This document shows positions 22,283 through 32,398 of a DNA stretch of 48,384 nt, piece after piece (the stretch's first letter is position 1; each line of letters starts with the position of its first letter). The notes beneath the pieces are model-generated. The model had not been told where the DNA came from, did no database searches, and worked only from the letters and a program-made list of their open reading frames with translations. The position numbers and the translations under genes were made by a program. The stretch spans positions 1 through 48,384 of the forward strand of contig MRSU01001892.1 in the NCBI GenBank assembly GCA_008369845.1, given 5' to 3'. This DNA is from Trichomonas gallinae (taxonomy: Eukaryota).

Positions 22283-22963
22283 TTAAAATACATGAGCATA
22301 TGACTTCTCTCTTGAGAAGCGGTGTTTTGGATCCTTAAAAAGTCTTGTATGGCAATCATCTACGTCATCGCAAAGACAATTCTTGATGAACGAAGGGTTG
22401 TTGCCTCTGTACACTTGAACAAAGCCATACTTCTCAAGTGTACCTTGCTTGTCAAATAAGTTCGTGTTCTCGCTCAATATTCCGATGAAATTGCTAAACG
22501 TCTTCTCCTGGACCTTGAAATGTTCAGAATCAACCCAAGTGACGCCAATATGTTCGGTTGCGCACTTGTTATTCTTCGTGATACAGAGCGCGTTATAGAG
22601 TTTAACATCGAACTGTCTTGATGTTCCGTTCCTCTTGGAGAAATATGAGGAATGAATCTGTTTCAGAGTTATTGGCCTAGGTGACCATTCGGATGCTGGT
22701 ATGAGACCTATGTTTCTCGGTTCAATGAGAATTTCGCTTGGAAATTCTATCTTACGTTTAGTGTTCTCTTCTATATATTGAACGCTCATATTGGACATAG
22801 ACGTCAAATCTTCACTTGAAGACGAGCTGCTGAACTCTGAATTATTAGAATCAAGATTTTCACCGATTAGCCATGCAGAGCGTCCCGTTGTCTGGAAGAT
22901 TAAGCTTACCATGAACTGTGGCAAGTCAAACTTCTCGTTGAGTGTCATGAATCTGTTAGACAT
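22283..22963 (-). CDS. Initiator-binding domain (IBD, IBP39-like) protein
   Basis: RQFDVKLYNALCIT...HIGVTWVDSEHFKV...FIGI matches the IBP39 IBD pattern RFPRKL...IGLSWISDTEFKM...MGI as recalled. Confidence 0.75.
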   Translation of the reverse strand: MSNRFMTLNEKFDLPQFMVSLIFQTTGRSAWLIGENLDSNNSEFSSSSSSEDLTSMSNMSVQYIEENTKRKIEFPSEILIEPRNIGLIPASEWSPRPITLKQIHSSYFSKRNGTSRQFDVKLYNALCITKNNKCATEHIGVTWVDSEHFKVQEKTFSNFIGILSENTNLFDKQGTLEKYGFVQVYRGNNPSFIKNCLCDDVDDCHTRLFKDPKHRFSREKSYAHVF

Positions 22964-24251
22964 GAATAATCCTTTAAAAAAAATGGTCTGAAAAAAACAT
23001 TCAGAAATTATTGATAATCAGTTTCTTCTTCTCAAAAAACTAACGAACAAAGATCATATAATAACCTAAAGAATAAAAATAACGAAAAATCAGTAACTTT
23101 TTGATTTTTCAATTTTTGTGAGAGTTTTCAAAAAAATATTTAAATAAATTTGAAAAATAACTATAAAATATTGTTAAAATCATCTATTTAATGGATTAAT
23201 CAGATTCAGAGATTTACTTATAAACGGTTTGGTTGAGTATTATTAACATTGTATGTATTTATAAATAATTTTAATAAACATTGCTAATCCGTAAAGTGAC
23301 CGATATCAAAAATTCAATGAGATTATTTTTTACAATTCAATTCAAAAAAATTATTAAATTTTAATATTGGTTAGTCACTGCATATATACAATAAACATCA
23401 AGATCTAAAAATTAGAATCCATTAATAACAATTCTCATTGAAATCGCGAGATTAAGAATAATTCATTAGCAATCTATCCCTAATAACTGCTAAGTAATGG
23501 TTCTATCAATATCAATTCGTTCAATCATTATCAATTTTAGTTTTTTTTTTTGAAAATTTTAGTTTTGGTCACTCCGTTTGTTGTTTATTTGGGTTAATTC
23601 GCAAAAAAAAGTTTCAATTAATATTTTTTTCTGTAGATGAATCATTCAAAATTTTGTTCATTCTTCCTTTCAATTTTAGCCGCAGTTTAACAAATTGCGG
23701 TCACTGATTGAGAAGTCTCCAACGTAGCAGCTGCCATTATCTGACTATATTGGATGATATCTAAAATGTATTAATATAACTTAATTCAATTTCGATGATT
23801 GCCAAAATATATAATGATATAAACTGCGAATACATACTTTATTGATGCTTCTTAATATATTTATGAAGTTTTTTCGGCGAGAATATCAATTTTTAGTTCC
23901 AAAATTATTCTTTTCAAACTGTTTTCACGGTTCTGCGGGTCTTTATTATACTACATTAATTCTATATCCATCTGTTAAGGCATAAATATTAATCCTATTT
24001 GATTTTATAGAGATTTTTCACAAAATCGATATAACAATTATATCAATAAATTTAATTTGCGACATTTTATCTTAGTAATTCTGTTAAATAACCTTCACAT
24101 ATGATGGTTCCAACGAACCAAATGAATTTAAATGGAGACAAGGCAACAATAAATAGTGACGATAGAAAAAACATGTTTAATAACAATAACTAATAAAATC
24201 TATAAGTTCATGGCAAGCTGTATTTAATTCGTTATTTCTTTTTCGGCAGTT

Positions 24252-25514
24252 TTAATTTGAATTTGTATATCTCATTTCACTCTCTTTGAAATATTGTATT
24301 GGATGCATCATGCCTGCATATTCTAGCGGTCTATCAGGAAACTTGCCATCGAAAAACATTTTGCAGGCAATCTGAGGATGTTCAGGAACTTGTTCAACTA
24401 ATTTGTTGATAACTTCGTTTTTTATTGCCCTTCCCATCTTCTTTAGGTACATTTTCAGTTCAGCTCTCATCATGTACCTGAACGGACAGCCTTGCACTTG
24501 ATATGGATTTTCTGGATTATCTTGGCCAATCAAAGCTACACAGGAATGTGGCTGATACTTCTTCTTGTTTCCATCTATGCAATATATATACTTCAATGAT
24601 GGGACGATTTGCTGGTCAAATAAGTCTGGACTCTTTGGATTAAAAAAATGTTTTTTCCAAAAAGTATATTGCGAGAAGTAGTCGAAACCTAGGCCTTTTA
24701 AGAACATACAGAGCTCGAATCTGCCCTTGACTGAGAGCTGAGATGATTTTTTTAATGAATCTAAAATTCTGTAGATACAGGGTGGCGCTGATCGATGGCA
24801 AAGCTGCTCATAGTTGTCAAGAGTCAAAAATACTTCTTCGTTAACGTTGATTAAACGATTAAACTCTGATCTGAGATAATTTATGAATTTTTCGTCTGCG
24901 AATTCGATTTTTTCGAATTTTGAGATTAAATGATTCATATAATGATTCTGTATGATCTGATATACATGTTCTGGTGTGAGTTTGGCAATTCCATCATCTA
25001 GTTCAACAGTTCTAACATCAATTTTATCAAAAACTAGTTCAAATGGAATATTATATCTGTCAAAGTCTTTTGATTTGATAATTAACTCTTTCAAGCTGAG
25101 ATCAGGCCAGAAAAAATCATCGATTTGGCTTGGATTCGCTGAACTTGATTTTAATCTATAAAAAAGCAAACGAGCTTCATATTCAGCAAACATTCGCTGT
25201 TTTTCAGAGTCCTCTGAGTAAACCATGAGGAAAGCAAAGAAAGATTGTTTATCTTTGATTTGTTCTCCTTCTGATTCGCTTGCTTCTTTCAAAGGAATGT
25301 CGTATTCGAGAGATAACGTCCTAATTTTCGTGGATTCCATTGTTTCTTGCTTCTCTTCGAAAGCTAAAAGTCTGTGAAATTGAAATCTTTTTTCTGCGAG
25401 CGAAAGAATCTGATCAAAAGTCAGCTCCATTGAAGGAGGTGAATCGTAAATCGGTGCATAAAGACTTGACGCTTCTTCGACGTCTTTATGCTGGAACAAA
25501 AACCTTTTCCTCAA
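24252..25514 (-). CDS. PRIM2: DNA primase large subunit (PriL/PRIM2); start codon anomalous
   Basis: N-terminal YDSPP...LAEKR; Fe-S ligands in PPCI, HSC, GCPF and IACK; MFLKGLG; HPIQYF. Confidence 0.88.
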   Translation of the reverse strand: MRKRFLFQHKDVEEASSLYAPIYDSPPSMELTFDQILSLAEKRFQFHRLLAFEEKQETMESTKIRTLSLEYDIPLKEASESEGEQIKDKQSFFAFLMVYSEDSEKQRMFAEYEARLLFYRLKSSSANPSQIDDFFWPDLSLKELIIKSKDFDRYNIPFELVFDKIDVRTVELDDGIAKLTPEHVYQIIQNHYMNHLISKFEKIEFADEKFINYLRSEFNRLINVNEEVFLTLDNYEQLCHRSAPPCIYRILDSLKKSSQLSVKGRFELCMFLKGLGFDYFSQYTFWKKHFFNPKSPDLFDQQIVPSLKYIYCIDGNKKKYQPHSCVALIGQDNPENPYQVQGCPFRYMMRAELKMYLKKMGRAIKNEVINKLVEQVPEHPQIACKMFFDGKFPDRPLEYAGMMHPIQYFKESEMRYTNSN

Positions 25515-25553
25515 ATTTTAATTATGAACTTCATTTTTACTTCCTTTATCACT

Positions 25554-25754
25554 TGTCATGTAAAGTCAAGTTTAAAAAACATCTGTCATGTAAAAGCGAT
25601 AATTTGAAAATATCTGTCAAGTAAAATAGACTATTTGAGAATTTATAGTCATGTAAAGTTAAATTTGAAATATTTCTGTCATGTAAAATAGATCATTTGA
25701 TATCTAAAGGATGCAATGAGATTCTTTAATAAAAACATATTATAGTCATGTAAT
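25554..25754. repeat. Array of (T/A)GTCA(T/A)GTAA motifs at about 31-bp spacing upstream of the primase gene
   Basis: Copies at 25554, 25584, 25615, 25647, 25677 and 25744. Confidence 0.85.
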
Positions 25755-26187
25755 GGCATCCTAATGCGTCATATATAGATTTATTCGTAATAAAATCATT
25801 ATTCATTGGTAAAATATCTAGAAAAAGAGAGAAACTAAATTTGAGTCATATTTTTGTCTTGTAAATTGATTTTATGTGGCATTATTGTTGTCTATTTGTC
25901 AATAAGTTTAGATATAGAGTGGAATCATATGGTAATATATGTGGGTAGCTTTCATAAAAATAAACATCATTTATTAACAAAATAACAAGATATAAAAGCA
26001 AAAGTTTTCCATTTTCCATTTTTTGTCATGTAAATTATATTATTTGTCATTTCTCAAAAAACAAGAAATGGAAACTTAATGAACGAAAACTAGTAGATAA
26101 ATAGATCCACTAAAAGATAATAGCAAAATATATAATAGAAATTTCTTCGACATTGCAAATTTGGCGAAAATTCAAAATTTGCAGGTC

Positions 26188-27693
26188 TTATTGTGTGTAT
26201 TTGTTGACTTCTCCTTTGAGTGACATAACTTCGTTTTGTAGGGCATCAATTTGCTCCTGAAGAGCATTGCCATTGCTGCTTCTGTAACCAGTGGATGAAG
26301 AATTCGAAGGAGATGAGATGCTTGAATAGCGTGAAATGCTGTCGCTCTCCATCATATCGAAGTTGGATGAATGCTGAGGTGAAGAATGTCTGTTATTGAC
26401 CATTGATAAGATAATTCTTACAACTTCCATTGGACTCGTGCGATTATCAATATTGAGATTGTTTTTGAGCTCTCTGAATGCTCTCATCATAGAATCCGAG
26501 CCTCTTATCAACGAAGAATCGGTTGAAAGCTTCGAATTTTCTTCTTCAAGTCTCCTGATTTCATTTGTTGCGTTTCTCAAGCTATTTTGAAGTCTCCTGT
26601 TCTCACTGTCGAGATTAGCGCCTTTCTTAGCCTTGCTTTCTATGTTCAGCAAACGATTTTGAAGTTCGTCGATCTTATCTAAATATGCTTGTCTTATTGT
26701 CTTGCTTTCGTTGACACACTTAGTTAAGGCCTTCTTTTCCTTCTTTAAGCGCTTTGTTTCTTCCAGCTTTGCTTGTAGCTCGTTTTCTATCTTTTGCAAA
26801 TCTGATGATAATGAATCTGCGATATTTGCCTTTTGGACAAGATTATCTCGCTCTTTTATAGCATTATCTAGATCTTCTTTCATTTGTTGTACCTGTTCTC
26901 GTAATTTTGAAGTTTCTTCTGTTAATTCTTCGTATTTTCGCTTAATTTCGTAATAATCGTTCATTTTTGTGAATTGTTGGTATCTGAACTGGGAATTGAG
27001 ATTGTCTATTTCCGATTTCTTCTGAGAAAGTAGGTTCTTTATTGTTTCCGCGTCTTCTTCTTTAGATTTTTGTAATTCGAGAAGTTGCTCTTTATATTTT
27101 TTAGTTGATGCCTCTGCGACTTCTATTTTTGCTTGTAGCTCTGCAAATTCAAGAGCTTTCTGCGCTTGTATTTCATCGATTTGCGACTGAAGATCTGAAT
27201 TTATCTGTTCAAGCTTCTTATTTTCTTGTACTAATCTCTTTTTGTGTGTAAATAGTCCATTTTTGACTGCATTGTCGATGAGTTTTATCGCTTTGCCTAA
27301 AGAATTAACTTCAATTCCCGTTATTTGTGATAACTTTGAGTAGAAGTCATTTAACTCGGCAATCTTTTGTGTACACATTACACTTACCTTTTCAGATGTG
27401 TTTTTCTCTTGCATTAGCGCTCTCCTTATTGTGAAATTGAGATTTAATTCTGCTTTGAATAATTTGTATAAATCTTGCAATTGGCGGAATGTTTCTGTAT
27501 TTGCACCCCTCCGTGCTCCTTCTGATATGTATTTATCGATGATTTTTGCTTGCTGTAGAATTTCACTCTGCAAATTTGTAATTTGCTCAGCTGTATCTTG
27601 CACTGTCGAGGTTCCAACCGTTGTAAATGAATTACTTGATTCGTTCTGCTTCATGTCAGATATGTACGAATAAGAATCAGTCGAAATCTCCAT
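26188..27693 (-). CDS. Coiled-coil protein of unknown function with Ser-rich tail
   Basis: 501-aa ORF with long E/K/Q/L heptad segments. Confidence 0.8.
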   Translation of the reverse strand: MEISTDSYSYISDMKQNESSNSFTTVGTSTVQDTAEQITNLQSEILQQAKIIDKYISEGARRGANTETFRQLQDLYKLFKAELNLNFTIRRALMQEKNTSEKVSVMCTQKIAELNDFYSKLSQITGIEVNSLGKAIKLIDNAVKNGLFTHKKRLVQENKKLEQINSDLQSQIDEIQAQKALEFAELQAKIEVAEASTKKYKEQLLELQKSKEEDAETIKNLLSQKKSEIDNLNSQFRYQQFTKMNDYYEIKRKYEELTEETSKLREQVQQMKEDLDNAIKERDNLVQKANIADSLSSDLQKIENELQAKLEETKRLKKEKKALTKCVNESKTIRQAYLDKIDELQNRLLNIESKAKKGANLDSENRRLQNSLRNATNEIRRLEEENSKLSTDSSLIRGSDSMMRAFRELKNNLNIDNRTSPMEVVRIILSMVNNRHSSPQHSSNFDMMESDSISRYSSISSPSNSSSTGYRSSNGNALQEQIDALQNEVMSLKGEVNKYTQ

Positions 27694-28801
27694 AAAATCT
27701 GCGAAAATCTTTTTTTGCTAAACGTGCGCAAAATAATTTTTCATTTTAATCCAAAATATAACATATGTATACCATATATTACCTATTTATTTAAAAATTT
27801 CATTAAAATCAGTGATATTTGATTAGATTTTGAAAATATGAAAATTTATATGTTGTTAGTTTAATAGATTATGAGCTATATAAGATAATTTTCAACTTCT
27901 TTTTCAAATTTGATGAAGAAAATTTTTTTTTGATGAAAATATTTTCGGCAAATGATTATTTGGATTTTGACATTGTCATATGTGGTTGGAGCAGATATTA
28001 TTTGAGATGAAATGTAAACAACATTTGAAATTTGAAAATCAAATCTTGATTTAGGTTTTTAGTATTAAAAAATAGGTCAAATATCGAATGGCATGACGCA
28101 TATTATCACAAATTGCATGGCCTAATTATTTCAGGAGTTAAATGTAGATTATTGCTCTGCATCTCTTAATATTCTAGCCAAAATTGGCATTATGAGATGC
28201 CTAAGGAATGATTTTGTTACGATATTTTTCATCTAAATTTCAAATAGGCTTTTAACCTTTGAGGCCAATATATAACATCATTTGTCCATAGGTGAGATCA
28301 TTTAACAAAGAACATAACTTATATTATTATAAATTGTTAATAGTCATTTTAGAGGCATAGCTACCATATAATTTTATTCACCAGGTTATAAGTGCCCATT
28401 ATCCAAAAACTCAAGAATGCAAAATTCGTTATTCAAGCAAAATATGCTAAATTTCGTTTATTTTTGATTTGATCCCGCGCGGTTTTGAGTATAAAGAAAT
28501 GAAACAATATGCAATATAATATGCCAAAGCTTTTTGCAAAAAATATATTGAATTTCAAAATCTCATTTTTTTGAAGAAAATTCTCTAAAAATATCATTAA
28601 AAGACATCAAATATCATAAAACTAAAATATGGTCAGTGTAAACCCAGTTATTGAAACAATAAGAAAGGATTTGGATAATTTTGATTTGATTACGTGCAAT
28701 ATGATGCTGTAGTGTTTTAAAAAAAGACAACAGTTTACATTTTGTAAAAAAACGTAATTTTCAAAAAATTTTTATATAAAACCGTTTTTATAATTGAAAA
28801 A

Positions 28802-29725
28802 ATGAGCTGGCTCTCTGATCTCGATCAGCTTATAGAGAAGCTGAAGAGGTGCGAGTATCCTACAGAAGGCGAAGTCCAGATCCTTTGCCAGAAGGCAATC
28901 GAAGTCTTAGCTGATGAACCAACAGTCAAATTCGTACCAGCTCCGGTTACAGTTTGCGGAGATATTCACGGACAGTTCTACGATCTCAGAGAACTCTTCT
29001 TCGTCGGTGGACACCCACCAGAAACGAACTATCTTTTCATGGGCGATTATGTCGATAGAGGATTCTACTCTCTCGAGACTTTCCTCCTTCTTCTTGCACT
29101 TAAAGTTCGCTATCCAAGTCGTATGACACTTCTCCGCGGAAATCACGAATCTAGACAGACAACTCAAGCTTACGGTTTTTATGATGAATGTCTCAGAAAA
29201 TACGGTAATCCAAACGTTTGGAAATTATGCACTGACGTGTTCGACTGCCTTACATTGTCAGCGGTCGTCGAAAATAAACTATTCTGCGTCCACGGTGGTT
29301 TGTCACCTGCAATTTCATCTCTTGATCAGCTTAAACTTCTAGAGCGTCGTCAGGAAATTCCACATACAGGACCAATATCAGATCTTCTCTGGAGTGATCC
29401 AGAAGATATCGAAGGCTTCACTATCTCTCCAAGAGGTGCTGGTTATATTTTCGGCCCGGATGTCGTTAGCCAATTCAACCACTTGAACAACTTAGAACTT
29501 ATAGCGCGCTCTCATCAGTTAGTTATGGAAGGATTCAAGATGATGTTCGATCAGCAACTCGTCACTGTCTGGAGTGCTCCAAACTATTGTTACAGATCCG
29601 GTAATGTAGCCTCAGTCCTTGAATGCGATGATACAATGAATAAGAGCTTCAAGATCTTCGACGCCGCTCCACAAAGCGAACAGGGTGGTGTTCCAGAGCG
29701 TACATTGCCAGACTATTTCCTCTAA
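28802..29725 (+). CDS. Ser/Thr protein phosphatase catalytic subunit, PP2A family, most like PP4
   Basis: [28 protein letters not shown] and C-terminal [18 protein letters not shown] and [14 protein letters not shown] are PP4-like. Confidence 0.92.
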   Translation: MSWLSDLDQLIEKLKRCEYPTEGEVQILCQKAIEVLADEPTVKFVPAPVTVCGDIHGQFYDLRELFFVGGHPPETNYLFMGDYVDRGFYSLETFLLLLALKVRYPSRMTLLRGNHESRQTTQAYGFYDECLRKYGNPNVWKLCTDVFDCLTLSAVVENKLFCVHGGLSPAISSLDQLKLLERRQEIPHTGPISDLLWSDPEDIEGFTISPRGAGYIFGPDVVSQFNHLNNLELIARSHQLVMEGFKMMFDQQLVTVWSAPNYCYRSGNVASVLECDDTMNKSFKIFDAAPQSEQGGVPERTLPDYFL

Positions 29726-30241
29726 TTTATTTAATATCAGTATATGAGCATCATGCAATTAAATATATGATTTTTTTTTATTAAGAATAAAAATTGCTAA
29801 AATAGGAACCCCTTCTGATATACATCATAAATCGCCATACCAAAGCGAAATTTAACGAAATAAAACCTTTACAAAATTCTAAATCAAAGGAGATAACAAA
29901 ATTTACTCGATAAAAATGATTAACTATCAATAATATATTATATCCCAAAATTTAGATTTTTGATTTTTCTTAGTTTTTCCTAAAAATCAACTAATTTTCG
30001 GCAAATTATATATTAATTTTTCACAAACTGTAAGAAAGTGGAAAATTCAAACTCAATTTCATCTAAAATCGTTACATTAAATCATCTTATCTGACTGATT
30101 AAAATCTAAATCAATAAGAAAAATTGCAGTTTTTCGTTAAAATAACAAAAATTTTATCAAATTTTTAGGTAAAAACTAAAGGAAAAGAGAAAAAGGAAAA
30201 AGATATGTGATTTGTATAATATTATGTTAAAGAAAAAAACT

Positions 30242-32119
30242 TTAGAGAAGACTCTTCTTCTTATTAATGAAATGTGCAACGTAGATGAAGACGACGAAAC
30301 AGATAACGGCGAGTGTCACTACGATGATTGTTGGCTTAGCCCATGACTGGAGCGGCTGGGCGATCTCCCACCCGGCTTCACATGTCATGACGTACGGCGC
30401 GTTCTTGTCGCCGCTGTAGCATTCTTGTGATGCGATGCAGAAACCACATCCTTCCTCGGCCTGGCACTTGCCCTTGTTTCCGTTGTGGACAGTGCACTTG
30501 TCGCCGCTGAGGGACATGAAATCGGTCCAATTGTGCTTCCAAACTTCTGGAAGACCATCGTGATTATACTCTGGCCAGTCAGCGAAGTTGAAGACTGGGT
30601 TGTGGACGTACTCTGGTGATGCGAGAGCGTGGAACTTCATGGCGGCTGTAGCTTCTGTGAGCTTAAGAGCTTTAGTATCGAGGCCGCCGAACATTCTCTT
30701 CTTGAAATGTGGGTTGAAGCCTGGGCGCTGGTCATAACGTGCAAGGATGCCCTGGCCTGGGTCGCCATTTGAGTATGGATCGACCTGATATCTGTTATAG
30801 CGCATGAAGTCCTTGAACTGGTCGAAGTTCATGATGTGTGGAGCTTCACGCTGCATGAGGAGGTAACGGGATGATGTCTTGAGGTCCCAGTAGTTGCCAT
30901 CTTCGCCCCATGATGCAATTTGCTCTGGATAGTGAGCTAATTTGAATAATCTGTCGAAGTATGGTGTGTTAATGGATGGGAAGTATCCATCTCTGACGAG
31001 AACATCTGTAAGATCTGCTGATTCGAATGTTGTTGGAATCTGCTCAATGACCCAGAAGAGGTCTTTCTCTGGCTTCTGGTTGCGCTTGAGCTTCTTGGAG
31101 TCGATGACGAGGTACTGGTTGTTGTATGTGCCGGAGTTATGCTTTCCGAATGTTTCTGTCCATTCCTTGCCGGAATCTGATGTCCATGTAGCGTGGATAG
31201 CACGGATCCATGTGAATGGAGCAGCTGGTGTGTTGTGTTCGTAAAGTTCTTCGTTGAAATTGCCTAAAGTTGTTTCGAGAACGAAGAGGCCCTGATCATT
31301 GATGTAGAAGTCATCGTATGATGAGAGCTTGCCAATACGTGTTGACATAGTGATCTTGTGAGCCTTGAATTTGCGAATTGGAAGATCATATTCCTTAAGC
31401 TGGCCGTGAAGCTCGCGGAAGTCGCTCCATGCGTCGTGTGAGAAGTAGATGTCGGAGTAGTCTGGGAGGAGGCGAACGAGGCCTGAGCAGTGAGCGCCTG
31501 GTCCGATGCCTTGTTTCTGCTTAGATTGAACGGCATCTGGGAACATTTCACTAATATCGAACATGTCACCCTCAGACTGCTGGAACCACAAGTCGAATTC
31601 GTCCATTGTGGCATCCTTTGCACCCGAAATCTTATCTTTGGCGAGATATCCAGAGACAAGACCATCGAACTGCTTCATAATCAGACCCATTTCCTGCCAG
31701 TATTTAGATGTAGCTGAGTAAGCGTCGATAGATTCGCGAATATAGTTTAAGTTTGCGGAAAGATAATTCTTGATAACTTGTGGATATCTTCTTTGTGGCT
31801 TTTCTGTTGTTGGGCGTTCCCATTCTTGAATATCAAAGATTAAATTGAAGTGGTTGTAAATTCTATCATGCGAAACGTAACCTTCAAGGAAACCAGCACA
31901 TGTCATGATGTCCTCATCACTAGATTTTGGATTTCCTTTGACATGGAGCTGGTACCAGCCTGTGAAATTGAGTGCGTCTTCCCAATATACCCAAGCATCG
32001 GCATTTTCGAGGATTTCGTCATGGAAAGTTGGCAAGCCACCATTCATGACACAGGATCCGTTGATTTTTGGATACGTATCATCGGAAACTGCTGAAGAAA
32101 AGAAAAGAGAAAGAAACAT
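30242..32119 (-). CDS. Phospholipase B-like (PLBD/Lama, Ntn-hydrolase) protein with PSI-like Cys domain and C-terminal TM
   Basis: Signal peptide, HCSGLVR (nucleophile Cys), ETT, NSGTYNNQY, MRYN and GGLDTK; then CQAEEGCGFC...C..GW, a TM helix and tail KKKSLL. Confidence 0.9.
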   Translation of the reverse strand: MFLSLFFSSAVSDDTYPKINGSCVMNGGLPTFHDEILENADAWVYWEDALNFTGWYQLHVKGNPKSSDEDIMTCAGFLEGYVSHDRIYNHFNLIFDIQEWERPTTEKPQRRYPQVIKNYLSANLNYIRESIDAYSATSKYWQEMGLIMKQFDGLVSGYLAKDKISGAKDATMDEFDLWFQQSEGDMFDISEMFPDAVQSKQKQGIGPGAHCSGLVRLLPDYSDIYFSHDAWSDFRELHGQLKEYDLPIRKFKAHKITMSTRIGKLSSYDDFYINDQGLFVLETTLGNFNEELYEHNTPAAPFTWIRAIHATWTSDSGKEWTETFGKHNSGTYNNQYLVIDSKKLKRNQKPEKDLFWVIEQIPTTFESADLTDVLVRDGYFPSINTPYFDRLFKLAHYPEQIASWGEDGNYWDLKTSSRYLLMQREAPHIMNFDQFKDFMRYNRYQVDPYSNGDPGQGILARYDQRPGFNPHFKKRMFGGLDTKALKLTEATAAMKFHALASPEYVHNPVFNFADWPEYNHDGLPEVWKHNWTDFMSLSGDKCTVHNGNKGKCQAEEGCGFCIASQECYSGDKNAPYVMTCEAGWEIAQPLQSWAKPTIIVVTLAVICFVVFIYVAHFINKKKSLL

Positions 32120-32166
32120 TTTCTTATTGGCCTTCCCACTTTTTCAGGTGGCGGTTAGCAATTTCT

Positions 32167-32398
32167 TGTCACTTTTCATCACATATTTGTCACTTTTGGG
32201 AAATATTTTGACATATTACATCACTTTACTGACAATTTTCGAGTTTATTTGTCAAATCTCATTAAATTGTTGACATTTTTATAATTTATTTGTCAAATAT
32301 TGTTATTTCTTTGACATTTTTAGAGTTTATTTGTCATATTTAATTCATTATCGACACTTTTTAAAATTTACTTGACAAATATAAGATTTTCATCGTCA
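32167..32398. repeat. Phased TG(A/T)CA array, 12 sites at 20-21 bp spacing, with a higher-order unit of about 41 bp
   Basis: YG(A/T)CA at 32167, 32188, 32209, 32230, 32250, 32271, 32291, 32312, 32332, 32352, 32373 and 32394. Confidence 0.85.

Noticed and set aside
25554..32398. CRISPR-like interpretation of the spaced motif arrays
   Set aside because: Conserved cores are only 5-11 bp, spacers resemble each other, the context is eukaryotic and there are no cas genes.
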